Shown: piece by piece, positions 1 through 11,674 of the stretch
Numbering within the stretch: position 1 is the first letter of the stretch
How the letters are laid out: every line of letters starts with the position of its first letter
Assembly: GCF_028641065.1 (NCBI RefSeq)
Contig: NC_073377.1
Coordinates: 98,766,001-98,830,000, forward strand
Direction of reading: 5' to 3'
Source: Leucoraja erinacea
Taxonomy: Eukaryota
Length of the DNA: 64,000 nucleotides
The notes under the pieces: model-generated
What the model was told of the DNA's origin: nothing
The model's input: only the letters and a program-made list of their open reading frames with translations
Database searches by the model: none
Position numbers and translations under genes: made by a program

Positions 1-1458
1 GACAGACGTCTGGACTAACATCTTCAACCTGTCACTTGCCCAAGCAGTTGTCCCCACTTGCTTTAAAACCACCTCCATCGTGCCAGTGCCAAAACACTCC
101 ACTGCGGCAAGCCTCAACGACTTCCGCCCAGTTGCACTTACCCCCATCATCACCAAGTGCTTCGAGAGGCTGGTCCTGGCACACCTCAAAAGCTGCCTAC
201 CCCCCACACTGGATCCCTATCAGTTTGCCTACCGCAAGAACAGGAGTACGGAGGTTGCCATCTCAACGGCACTTCACTCCGCCCTCTCCCACCTCGACAA
301 CAGAGACACTTACGTAAGAATGCTGTTCATCGATTACAGCTCAGCATTCAACACCATTATACCATCTAAACTGATCACCAAACTCGGTAACCTGGGCATC
401 GACCCCTCCCTCTGCAACTGGATACTGGACTTTCTAACCAACAGACCCCAGTCTGTGAGGTTAGACAAGCACACCTCTTCAACCCTCATCCTGAACATGG
501 TGTTCCACAGGGCTGTGTGCTGAGCCCCCTCCTCTACTCCCTCTTCACCTATGACTGCACACCTGTACATGGTACTAACACCATCATCAAGTATGCAGAT
601 GATACAACGGTGATTGGCCTCATCAGCAACAACGATTATTCAGCCTACAGGGAGGAGGTCCAGCACTTAGCAGCATGGTGTGCTGACAACAACCTGGCCC
701 TTAACTCCAAGAAGACCAAGGAGCTCATTGTAGGCTTCAGGAAGTCCAGGGGCGGCACGCACACCCCCATCCACATTAACGGGACAGAGGTGGAACGTGT
801 TTTAAGCTTCAGGTTCCTGGGTGTTAACATCTCCGATTACCTCTCTTGGACCCACAACACCTCAACTCTGATCAAGAAGGCTCACCAGCGTCTTCTTCCT
901 GAGGAGACTGAAGAAGGTCCATCTGTCTCCTCAGATCCTGGTGAACTTCTACCGCTGCACCATCGAGAGCATCCTTACCAACTGTATCACAGTATGGTAT
1001 GGCAACAGCTCTGTCTCCGACCGGAAGGCATTGCAGAGGGTGGTGAAAATTGCCCAACGCATCACCGGTTCCTCGCTCCCCACCATTGAGTCTGTCCAAA
1101 TCAAGCGTTTGTCTGCGGAGGGCGCTCAGCATCGCCAAGGACTGCTCTCACCCCAACCATGGACTGTTTACCCTCCTACCATCCGGGAGGCGCTACAGGT
1201 CTCTCCGTTGCCGAACCAGCAGGTCCAGGGAACAGCTTCTTCCCGGCGGCTGTCACTCTACTCAACAACGTACCTCGGTGACTGCCAATCACCCCCCCCC
1301 TGCCCCCCCCGGAAAAACACTATGTCTGTATATATGCTAATGTCAATATTTATTCAAATCATTTGCTATGTCGCTCTTCCATGAAGATGCTAAATGCATT
1401 TCGTTGTCTCTGTACTGTACACTGACGATGACAATTAAAGTTGAATCTGAATCTGAAT
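1..1458 (+). mobile_element. Rex1/Babar-type LINE, 3' portion (frameshifted RT) with (GAATCT)n tail
   Basis: [38 protein letters not shown] and KKAHQRL motifs across frames; ends gacaattaaagttgaatctgaatctgaat. Confidence 0.9.
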
Positions 1459-2362
1459 TTACAAAAAAAGACAGTACTGGAGTAACTCGGGGGGTCAGGC
1501 AACATCTCCAGAGAACACGGATAGTTAAAGTTCCTGGTCGGAACCCATCTTCAATCTGATTGTGGTGGGAGGGGGCTGAGGAAAACTGAAAAAGTGGGGA
1601 GGGGGTGCAGGACATGTTGAGGGTGGGGACAAGTTCTGCCGGCAGAGGGGGGGAGGGGGGGTTCAGGCAATAACAATTACAGAGAACATCTCGGATAGTT
1701 GCCGAAAGTTCCTGGTCTGCCTGCACTCATACTATAACCCTCCATTCCCTCTCATCCAATCTATGATTTGTTTTGGGAGGCAGAACCTGCCTCCACCAAA
1801 ACTGAAGCTCAAACCAGTGGGGAGGGGGTGCATAGGACTTCTGTCCCTGAGGGTGGGGACAAGTTCGTTTGAATCTTCCCTATTCCAGGCAGAGCTTGAG
1901 AGTGTTAGTAGAGTGAAAACTGCGCTCCAGAGAATAAAGAGGTATCTCTGTTCTAAACAGGCAACCAGAATGCCTGTACTGTCTCTATTTTTGAGCCCTT
2001 GAGCCTTGAGCCCTTCCAAACCAAAAAGACAGGCATAACTAGGGCCAATGTGAGTGCCGATGGCTACACCTTTAACTTGAAGAAAGTGGGAGGGGTCAAA
2101 AGAAAAGTTGAAGGTGAGGACAAGTTCTGCCAGGCGGAGGAGAGTGTTAGTAGAGTGAAGATGATTGGGTGAGGAGGCCTGTTAATAAGCAGGGGTTTGA
2201 GTACTTTGGAAATGGCAAGCATCTGTGAGAAATTGGGCTTCACTGATAGTGACATTCATTGCAAGGTGCTGGAGACCCATGTGACCTAGTTGGGTCCAGT
2301 AAGTCTGGACCTCTGAAGACCTCTGAAGAAGCCCCGGGAAGCCTCTGCCCATGTGACCCACC

Positions 2363-3251
2363 TGTAGTCACCAAGTCTGGGTTCCTAAAGTGGTTTCTGT
2401 TTTGTTTCAGTACACTGACGCTTAATGCATGCCTGTGTTTGGTTCGGGAAGCCTTATGTTTCTACTTTGTTTTGGTACCTTCCCGCCAGTATTTGTGATT
2501 GGTTCAGGAGGGGTTATCTCACCTAATATATATTTACTTTGTATTCCGTGTACCGAATAGGTGCAGTGATTGGTTTGTACGGGTTGCCTCCCCTCTGTAC
2601 TTTTGTGCCGTTAGTTTTCCCGCCACTGTATATGGGTATAAAAGGGTGGGTAATTTGTTAGGGCGTCGGCTGTCTTTCCTTCTGTTCTGTTTACGCGAGG
2701 CTGCTGAGGGCTCGAGTGAGTGGATCCGAGGCTGTATACAAGAAGAGTTTGCACTCCAGTGTTCGACTCAGTAGTTTTACTGAACCAGACTAGGGAGAGA
2801 GTGTAGTGGCCATTTGGCCTATTTTGCTTGTCATTGATGATGGCATGTGCCCTTAAATTTTAGACTGCCCGTTATATTGTGGGTGGGATTTATGACTTGA
2901 TTTTGGGCGTGTTTGGAGCTAAGATGCTTGCGCAGAAGTTTAGTTTTTAGATTAGTTTGGAGAGACGATGGGGAAGGTTAACCCTTCTACCATGCGGGAT
3001 CATGCGGATCATGCGGGCCACGTGCCAGTTCATGCCAGTGTTAAGGAGACACGAGGAGTTTTCTAATATCCAAAGTAATAAGCTGGAGTTCGAAGAAGAT
3101 TGTCGTAACGAGTCCGAAGAAATGTGGATGTATCTCACTGTTTTCTATCAACAATAAAGCATTTATTCATCAAAAGACTGTGTTTTTAAGCCATATCTGT
3201 GAAGAAGCTACGAAGGTCTCTGTGAGTGAGCTCGCACGCGTTTAGAAGACA
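2363..3251 (+). mobile_element. Solo LTR (~889 bp) of an LTR retroelement/ERV
   Basis: TGT...ACA ends; 5-bp flanks CCACC/CCGCC (one CpG-type difference); TATAAAA at 2637-2643; AATAAA at 3153-3158. Confidence 0.7.
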
Positions 3252-3339
3252 CCGCCTTCAACCATTCTCATCCAAATAGCGGCTAGGGTGCTAATTACCT
3301 GAAAGATATGAAAATCTGCTACTACAGAGAGTATTAAAT

Positions 3340-3690
3340 CAGGAATCAACAGGCCTTGAACCATTTCTGGTGGGGGTTGCTTGTGTAAAGGGACTGAATG
3401 TCCATGGTATAGATGAGGCAATGATGGCCTAGAAATTGAAGCTGTTGAAGAGTTGAAGGGCGTGTGAAATGTCTTGAATGTATGTCGGAAAAAATGGGAC
3501 AAGAGGAGATTGGATGGAATCAAGGTATTTTGAGATGAGTTCTGTGGAGCAGGCAAAAACAATGGGTTTGCCAGGGCAATCCTGTTTGTGGATTTTGGGA
3601 AGGAGATGGAAGCAGGCAGTGCAGGGCTGGGGCATGATAAAGGTTGGAGGCTGTGGAAGTATGGGAGGCTGGTGCAATATTGGACGATTG
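3340..3690 (-). mobile_element. Penelope-like element RT fragment
   Basis: LLPKIHKQDCPGKPIV...TELISKYLDS...PTYIQDISHAL, typical PLE RT N-terminal motifs. Confidence 0.85.
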
Positions 3691-3883
3691 TTTACTTTCA
3701 ACCTGCTTACAATTTATTTTCTGTAAGGAAGACAGTAAAATTGACCTGCGCACTAAATAAGTGAGCAAAAATTGCTTGTTTATATTTTCTGCAACAATTA
3801 GACATGCTGATCTTTTTGGTTGTAATGCAGATGGTTACATTTTGAACTACTAAATTACTAACTTTTTTTCCTGTGCTTTCTAG

Positions 3884-3995
3884 ATGGCCATTTCTTCTCA
3901 TGAAAATGCTACACCAGTAAAACTGCTGCATAATGCTGCAGGCCACTTAAATGGACCAGCAAGAACTATTGGAGCAGCTCTGATAGGATACCTAG
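3884..3995 (+). CDS. WDFY3: WDFY3 exon A (112 nt)
   Basis: ttctag|ATG...CTAG|gtatgg; MAISSHENATPVKLLHNAAGHLNGPARTIGAALIGYLG. Confidence 0.93.
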
Positions 3996-4224
3996 GTATG
4001 GTGACAATCACAAGGATTTGCAGTGCTCTGCTTGAATGTTAACCCAATGCTAGAGTTTTAAATCCCAGGTTGACTCATGGTGTACAGTTTATTTTATTAA
4101 GAAATATTATTTCTCAAAAATATAACAATTAACTTGCACACTTGGAAATTTTTACTTGTTTTAATTACCCATCATTTTAACATCCATACTTATCATAAAT
4201 GAGGCATGGAATTAAAATCCTTAG

Positions 4225-6098
4225 ACTAAGGCTGACAAGGAACATCAGGGACAGTATAAAAATAAAAGAGAAGTACAACGTAGCAAAGATGAGCGGGAAG
4301 CAAGAGGATTGGTTAATGTTTAAAGAGTAACAGAAGATAACCAAAAAGGCATTACGGGAGAAAAGATGAGGTACGGAGGTAAGCTAGCCAAGAATATAAA
4401 GGAGGATAGTAAAAGCTTCTTTCGGTATGTGAAGAGGAAAAAATTAGTTAAGACCAAAGTTGGACTCTTGAAGACTGAAAAAGGTGAATTTATTATGGGG
4501 AACAAGGAAATGGCAGAGGAGTTGAACAGGTACTTTGAATCTGTCTTCACTAAGGAGGACACAAACAATCTTCCTGATATAGAAACTCTCTAGAATTTAG
4601 GAGATTGAGAGGGGATCTTATAGAAACTTACAAAATTCTTAAGGGGTTGGACAGGCTAGATGCAGGAAGATTGTTCCCGATGTTGGGGAAGTCCAGGACA
4701 AGGGGTCACAGCTTAAGGATAAGGGGGAAATCCTTTAGAACCGAGATGAGGAGAACTTTTTATACACAGAGAGTGGTGAATCTCTGGAACTCTCTGCCAC
4801 AGAGGGTAGTTTGAGGCCAGTTCATTGGCTATATTTAAGAGGGAGTTAGATGTGGCCCTTGTGGCCAAGGGGATCAGAGGGTATGGAGAGAAGGCAGGTA
4901 CGGGATACTGAGTTGGATGATCAGCCATGATCATATTGAATGGCGGTGCAGGCTCGAAGGGCCGAATGGCCTACTCCTGCCTAATTTCTATGTTTCTATA
5001 GTAGTGGCCAGAGGATCTGGGGTGACGGAGGAACTGAAGGAAATCCACATTAGGCAGGAAATGGTCTTGGGTAGACTGATGGGACTGAAGGCTGATAAAT
5101 CCCCAGGACCTGATTGTCTGCATCCCAGGATACTTAAGGAATTGGCTCTAGAAATCGTGGAGGCATTGGTGATCATTTTCCAATGTTCTATAGATTCAGG
5201 ATCAGTTCCTGTGGATTGGAGGGTAACTAATGTTATCCTGCGTTTTAAGAAAGGCAGGAAAGAGAAAACATAAAATTATAGACCAGTTAGCCTGACATCA
5301 GTGGTGGGGAAGATGCTGGAGTCAATTATAAAAGATGAAATAGTGGCACATTTGGATAGCAGTAACAGGATCGGTCCAAGTCAGCATGGATTTACGAAGA
5401 GGAAATCATGCTTGACTAATCTTCTGGAATTTTTTGTGGATGTAACGAGGAAAATGGACAAGGGAGAGCCAGTGTATGTAGTGTACCTGGACTTTCAGAA
5501 AGCATTTGATAAGGTCCCACATAAGAGATTAGTGGGCAAAATTAGAGCACATGGTATTTGCGGTAGAGTGCTGACATGGATAGAAAATTGGTTGGCAGAC
5601 AGGAAACAAAGAGTAGGGATTAACAGGTCCCTTTCAGAATGGCAGGCAATGACTAGTGGGGTACCGCAAGGCTCAGTGCTGGGACCGCAGCTATTTACAA
5701 TATACATCAATAATTTAGATGAAGGGATTCAAAGTAACATTAGCAAATTTGTAGATGACACCAAGCTGGGAGGCAGTGTGAACTGTGAGGAGGATGCTAG
5801 GGGAATGCAGGGTGATTTGGACAGGTTGGGTGAGTGGGCAGCTGCATGGCAGATGCAGTTTAATGTGGATAAATGTAAGGTTATCCACTTTGGTAGCCAA
5901 AACAGGAAGGCAGATTATTTTCTAAATGATGTCAAGTTGGGAAAAGGGGAAGTACAACGGGTTCTGGGGGTCCTTGTTCATCAGTCAATGAAAGTGAATG
6001 GCATGTTGGCCTTCATAACAAGTGGAGTTGAGTATCCTCCTTCTGCAAGTCCTTCTGCAGTTGTATAGGGTTCTAGTGAGACCATACCTAGTGAGAAC
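4225..6098 (+). mobile_element. CR1 LINE ORF2 fragment with a nested 5'-truncated CR1 3' end (~4583-4998)
   Basis: [41 protein letters not shown]. Host frame NLPDI|VVARG is interrupted by a CR1 3' UTR ending ttctatgtttctat. Confidence 0.92.
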
Positions 6099-6101
6099 AT
6101 A

Positions 6102-6612
6102 TAAATAAGCGAGTTTGGTTTTCCGACTGCGTATGCCCAGGTCATGGGTCACTGGCGATAAACATTCTCGGCAACTGTGCTGTTGCATGTATACAGACCC
6201 GCGGTTCATCCGTAGTCACGATCAAAACCGGATCTCTGGTGCTGCGAGCGATGTTGAATTGCTACTGGACCGTCCCCGTCCCTTCCCGAGTGTCCCATCC
6301 CGTGGGAGTGTCCCATCCCGTGTTACAGCCAGCGCTGAGAAAAAGCGCTAACTTGCCCAACTCTGCCTGTCCCGTCAGTCCAGGGTCACCCCCGGACATC
6401 TCCGGACGCCGCCGGACGGGGATGGGGCACGCGGGAGGGGACGGGGACGGTCCAGTAGCAATTCAACAGCGCTTGCAGCGCCCCAGGTTCGATCCTGACT
6501 ACGGATGAAACACAGGTCTGTATACATGCAACAGCACAGTTGCTGCGAATGTTTATCACGAGTGACCTATGACCTGGGCATGCGCAGTTGGAAAACCAAA
6601 CTCGCTTATTTA
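6102..6612. mobile_element. Palindromic MITE/fold-back element, ~200-bp inverted arms, TA at both ends
   Basis: TAAATAAGCGAGTTTGGTTTTCC... is the reverse complement of ...GGAAAACCAAACTCGCTTATTTA; arms ~6102-6304 and ~6416-6612. Confidence 0.85.
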
Positions 6613-6991
6613 AGCAGTATGGGGAGAGGGGGAAGTTACCAGTTTCTATGCAACTTCCCTGCAGCAAACAGACATCATTGTTCCTTGAACACAGCTGCTA
6701 CTTTAACTGCACGTGCCCATGAAATTGACAAATAATTGTTTCAATTGATACGTGCAACCATACTCTATTAAACAATGTAACATACAGCCTTTAGTGTTAT
6801 TGCCAATAAAAAAATACTTTGTTTTGAAAATCCTGCAGGAAAAATAACCTTGTTAATGCAATTCTGAAACTCTTTAGTCCCTAACCCTCTTTTCCCCTTT
6901 AACACAATTGGTTTTATAGCACAATTTTCTTTCACGCGAGGTTTCATATGAACACAACCATTGTCATTCATTCATCATCGTTGACAACATC

Positions 6992-7364
6992 AGCGACTCA
7001 GTGGTGCTGGTTTCCGTCAGGAACGGTGACAAACGCACCACACATCTCTGTCTTCCAGTTCCCTCGGACTTCCGCCGCTGGAAGTATAGGATTTTGGTGT
7101 GTGTGCTTTATCATTATTCCTTACAATGCTATGTACGGCAGTGATCACAACTTCGACTGAAGTGTGGATGGCCGTTGGCCCGCTAAAAGCTCATTCGCCC
7201 TTTGACAGGTCTTGTTTTTGGTCCTGCTGGGGGTCCACAGCCCCCTCCTCACCTGGCAAACCAGGTGGGGGAGACGGTTTTGTAGTCAACTATCCGACCA
7301 TGGAGCAGGTAGCAGGGGATTACATGGTACCCATGGCGGGGGAACTTCCCTCTACCTGACCTGA
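6992..7364. repeat. Unclassified GC-rich interspersed repeat ending in ACCTGACCTGA (possibly the end of a non-LTR element)
   Basis: Composition shift from the AT-rich intron; internal hairpin TCCTCACCTGG-CAAA-CCAGGTGGGGG; (CCTGA)2 terminus. Confidence 0.4.
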
Positions 7365-7649
7365 TAGGTCACATTATCGCAGAACTATTTATGTAAAGGT
7401 TTCTTTTTGGAAGCATGCTTCAAATACTCGCTTTCTCACTCCATTTCTGATAAAGGCTTTGACATGAATCAATGATTCTATTCCACTCCTCATGAATAAT
7501 GTTTGATCTGCTGTGAGCTAATCACATTTTTCTCTTTTAGCTTTGGATTTTAAATGTCTGCAACTTTTCTTTACTTCTTGCTTTGAAGAAAATGTTATCT
7601 TTTTGTATTGTGGTCATTATTCGTGAAATAACTTATTTTATTTTATCAG

Positions 7650-7840
7650 GTGTGAGAACGTCTGTGCCAAAGCCTGTTGCCACTACGTTGCAATATATTG
7701 GTGGAGCAGCTGCTATTTTAGGCTTGGTTGCAATGGCATCGGATGTCGAAGGTCTCTATGCTGCTGTGAAAGCTCTTGTTTGCGTGGTAAAAAGCAATGC
7801 ATTGGCCAGCAAAGAGATGGAGAGGATTAAGGGATATCAG
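7650..7840 (+). CDS. WDFY3: WDFY3 exon B (191 nt)
   Basis: atcag|GT...TATCAG|gtaaga; VRTSVPKPVATTLQYIGGAAAILGLVAMASDVEGLYAAVKALVCVVKSNALASKEMERIKGYQ. Confidence 0.95.
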
Positions 7841-7949
7841 GTAAGAACTTCATCATAATGGACGTCTAAACCGAGCAGACTAAATCTGTTGATTAATTTG
7901 AGGCAATTTGTGTTTTGTTTTGAATTCAAAAAGTACTAGTGGTTAATAA

Positions 7950-8605
7950 AGCACTGAAAGACACAGGTGTTGAAGTAGACAGGGTGGTCAAGAAGACATG
8001 CTTACCGTCATTGCTAAAGGTACTGAGTACAGGAGTTGGGACATCATACTATAGCTGTGCAATGGATTGGTGAGACCATATTTGGTATATTCTGTGTAAT
8101 TCTGGTCCTGCAATCAGAAGGATGTCATAAAGCTGTAAAGGAAGCGGAAAAGATTTACCCGGATGTTACCAGAATTCAAAGGCTTGAGTTAGAAGTGGAG
8201 GCCGTATAGGCTGGAGTTCTTTTTCTTGGAACATGGAAGGATGAGCGATGACCCGATGGAGGTATACAAAAACACGAGAGGTTTAAAAAATGTGCATAGT
8301 CACAGTCTTTTTCACAGGAATCGAGAACTGGAAGCTATATGATTTAATATGAGAGAAGAACAATTTAAAAGAGACCCAAGGAGCAATCTCTTCATGGAGA
8401 GGGTGACGCATATAATCGAGCAAGTTACCAAAGGAAGCTGTAGAGGCAGGTACAATGGCGACATTTAAGACCTTTTGACATGTACATGGATAGAAAAGGT
8501 TTGAAGAGATAAGTGCAGGAAAATGGGATTAGTTCAGTTATAAAACCTGGTCAGCATAAACCAGTTGGGCCAAATACCTGTTTCCATGCTGTTTTATTCT
8601 ATGAT
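7950..8605 (+). mobile_element. Old, degenerate CR1 3' fragment
   Basis: Decayed LVRPxLxY and RFTRMLP coding remnants plus CR1-like 3' UTR. Confidence 0.75.
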
Positions 8606-8791
8606 GTACAACACAGTGCCATTAAGAGTAAAGGTACTGAATTGAAAAATATTTAGAAGTTTGGGTAGAATGCAATTCAATCAAAATTTGTACGTCTGAA
8701 TGTTTAATATATGCACGCAGAGAATAGGTTGAATGTCTACATATATTCACAGGAACTGATTCCCATTAAAATGTTTATTTTCCTATTTTAG

Positions 8792-8944
8792 CTGTTGGCA
8801 ATGCTGCTGAAAAAGAAGAGGACACTTTTGAATAGTCATATTCTTCATCTCACATTTTCACTGGTGGGAACTGTTGACAGTGGCCATGAGACCAGTATCA
8901 TTCCCAATTCGAATGGATTTCAGGATTTGCTTTGTGACTTTGAT
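8792..8944 (+). CDS. WDFY3: WDFY3 exon C (153 nt)
   Basis: ttttag|CTG...TTTGAT|gtaagg; LLAMLLKKKRTLLNSHILHLTFSLVGTVDSGHETSIIPNSNGFQDLLCDFD. Confidence 0.95.
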
Positions 8945-9750
8945 GTAAGGCTTGATTATAATATGTTGCAACAATAAACTAGAAAATACACCACATGGAT
9001 TTCAATCGGACCCATCTCTTGTATTCCATTGAGGAATTACATCCTGAATGAAATGGACATTTCCGAATTTGAATGGAGTAAATGCTTATTTTGCTCTGTA
9101 AATCATCATCATGCAACAATACCTGCTGGAATGCCAGATTCCCTTTAAAAGTTCCTCTGCTTTGGAGGCAATAGTAATTGCACGCCCGTAAAATAAATGT
9201 ATTTATATCACACCTGTTGACTGAGCCCCACAATGCTGAATTCCAATTACTCATGTTCCCTGAGTAATCTAATGGGGCAATCAGGCATTCTGTAACAAAA
9301 TAAAATGATATTTGGCATATTGCAACTCTGGAATACTGGTATCTTCAAAATTTGGCGCAGTTACTTGTTAAATAAAATACCTTTTGTTCCCTAGATTTGG
9401 GGTGATTTTGTAGCCAAGCTATAATTGGGACTACAATCTATTCTAGTGGTAAAGTTCTGAACTCAGTACTATCAAATGGTGATATATATCGAGACACAAG
9501 TAAATGCAGATGCTGGGTCACAATGAAGGACACAAAGTACTGGAGTAACTCAGAGTGTCAGGCAACAAGATTGGAAAACATGAATTGGTGATGTTTCGGG
9601 TTGGGATCCTTCCTCATCTTGATTCTGTTGGGGGGAGGGGGAAGTAGAGGTGGGTCAGTCCTGCTGGGTTACTCTGAAACTTTGTGGATCATTTTGTCCT
9701 TCCCCCACTTCTCTTCCAACTTTCTCTTTCCATTCTTTTTTTTGGTGTAA

Positions 9751-10361
9751 CAGGTCCACCACTGATTTTCCGGCAACTGATGGCCCGGCACCTCCTTTAA
9801 TCCGGACCAAATTACGAGAGCGCATTTGAAATTCCTGGCTGAAGTCCTCCCTAAAATATGCCACCTAGACTCTAGCTCATGGGGACTTCCGTGCTGATCG
9901 GCCGGTTGAATTTGCTCCCTGCAGCCGGGGCTCTGGAACTCTGGCCCTGCATAAGCCAGAATACCGGTTCCCATTGCTGACTTCTGTGGCCAATCAGTGG
10001 GTTGAATTTGCCCCCTGGGGCCTGGGCTCTGGAACATCGACCATGCTGGAGCGGGCAGATCCGTTCCCATAGTCAACTTCTGCGGCTGTTCAGTGGGTCG
10101 AATTTATCTCCTCTGGGACTCCAGCCCAGCTGGAGCCAGCAGATCTGTTCCCACAGACGACTTCCAAGGCTGCTTGTGTCATCGGTGGACAGTTCCGATA
10201 ACATTGGACTCCTCTCGGAGGACCTCTGGACCCAAAATGTCACCCATTCCTTTTCTCCAGAGATGCTGCCTGTCCCGCTGAGTTACTCCAGTATTTTGTG
10301 TCTACCTTTAATCTAGAAAGGCTCTGGGATTAAGGATGCCAAAAAATCGGTGGTGGACCTG
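9751..10361. mobile_element. pogo/Tigger-like MITE with internal ~95-bp tandem units and a nested PLE end (~10225-10310)
   Basis: TIR CAGGTCCACCAC(T/C)GATTTT at both ends; TA right flank; units start at 9884, 9979, 10075, 10159. Confidence 0.8.
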
Positions 10362-10447
10362 TATATATATTTTAATTAAAATGGTCACATAATATTTTAA
10401 CAGTATAATTGATTTGGTTTTGTTAAGCATGATCTTCCCATTTACAG

Positions 10448-10521
10448 GTATGGCTTAATGCACCGTATGAACTTCATCTCTCATTGTTTGAGCACTTTAT
10501 TGAACTTCTCACTGAATCAAG
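10448..10521 (+). CDS. WDFY3: WDFY3 exon D (74 nt)
   Basis: ttacag|GTA...TCAAG|gtatta; VWLNAPYELHLSLFEHFIELLTES. Confidence 0.93.
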
Positions 10522-10617
10522 GTATTATTAAACTTTTTCAAAGTATTTTCTCAATAAATGTTCACATGCCGTAGAGAATTTTACCAACAAAAAGATTGCT
10601 TTAATTTTGTTTTACAG

Positions 10618-10779
10618 TGAAGCTTCAAGAAATGCCAGGCTAATGAGAGATTTCCAGCTGATACCAAAACTGCTGCTTACTCTGAAAGATTCATCTCTGT
10701 CACAATCGACAATAGCAGCCATCAGTAATGCACTCAGTCTTCTGCTGCATGGATTCCCAAATACAAATGATCTACTCAG
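10618..10779 (+). CDS. WDFY3: WDFY3 exon E (162 nt), after a 96-nt intron
   Basis: ttacag|T...CTCAG|gtagag; EASRNARLMRDFQLIPKLLLTLKDSSLSQSTIAAISNALSLLLHGFPNTNDLLR. Confidence 0.94.
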
Positions 10780-11017
10780 GTAGAGACCACGCATAAAAAG
10801 GATACTGATAAATGTATTTATAGTAAACTATCTAAATACTGCATATCCTTTAAAAACATTATTAATAGTAAGCCTTGATGTGTCAGAGGACGAATCATTT
10901 GCTACAGGATGTGCAGTAACTTGAAGGCATGGCAATTTTGTGCAAAGTTGAGTTGAATTTCTGGTCAGTGGTGACCCCAGGATATTGATGGTGAGGGACT
11001 TGACAGTGGTAATGTTA

Positions 11018-11337
11018 TTTAGTTTAGTTTAGATATACAGCATAGAAACAGGCCCATTGGCTCGCCAAGTCCACGCCGACCAGCGACCCTCGCACATTAA
11101 CACTATCCTACATACACGAGGGACAATTTGCCTTTCCTCAAAGCCAATCAACCTACAATCCTGTACGTCTATGGAGTGTGGGAGGAAACCGAAGATCGCA
11201 GAGAAACCCCACGCGGTCACGGGGAGAACGTGCAAACTCTGTACAGACAGCACCCGTAGTCAGAATCGAACCCGGGTCTCTGGCACTGAAAGCGTTGTAA
11301 GGCAGCAACTCTACCGCTGAGCCACTGTGCCACCCTA
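11018..11337 (-). mobile_element. tRNA-derived V-SINE (HE1-like)
   Basis: Minus strand: tRNA-like head with GGTTCGATTC B-box, V-core (GAGTTTGCACGTTCTCCCCGTGACC), (TAAAC)n tail. Confidence 0.88.
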
Positions 11338-11674
11338 CCAAAAGTAGATGGTTAGGCTACTTGCTGGAGATGGTCATTGTCTGACACTTCAATGCCCAAA
11401 CCTTGTCTAGGTCTTACTCTGTGCAGCCATGATTTTTTTTATTTGCTGAAGAGTTGCATATGAAATTAAATGTTGTGCAAATCCATTTCCACATTGCCAC
11501 ATCTCTGAATGCAGTCACCATAATTGAAAATATATTAAAGATGTTCAAAAATATGTTTGAGTGTGAATGTTACAATTAATATTTTAGTATTGTCAATAAT
11601 ACCTATTCATTATTTTACTCAATTTACAATCTTACTTTTTACCTGGTAGCAAATGGAATACAAATACATGAAAT

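Noticed and set aside
5301-6068. 255-aa RT ORF as a functional gene
   Set aside because: It is a fragment of a truncated, interrupted CR1 with an upstream stop and an FVDD catalytic variant.
7180-7364. Possible HDV-like ribozyme on the minus strand (GGCGAATG motif, TTCCCCCGC loop-like sequence)
   Set aside because: I could not build consistent P1/P2/P3 pairings by eye.
9884-10170. Regularly spaced repeats resembling a CRISPR array
   Set aside because: Whole units are homologous (no unique spacers), the context is a eukaryotic intron, and there are no cas genes.
11250-11337. tRNA-like A/B boxes (also at ~19.0, 27.2, 39.3 and 46.3 kb)
   Set aside because: They are SINE heads followed by V-core and tail; no full cloverleaf.
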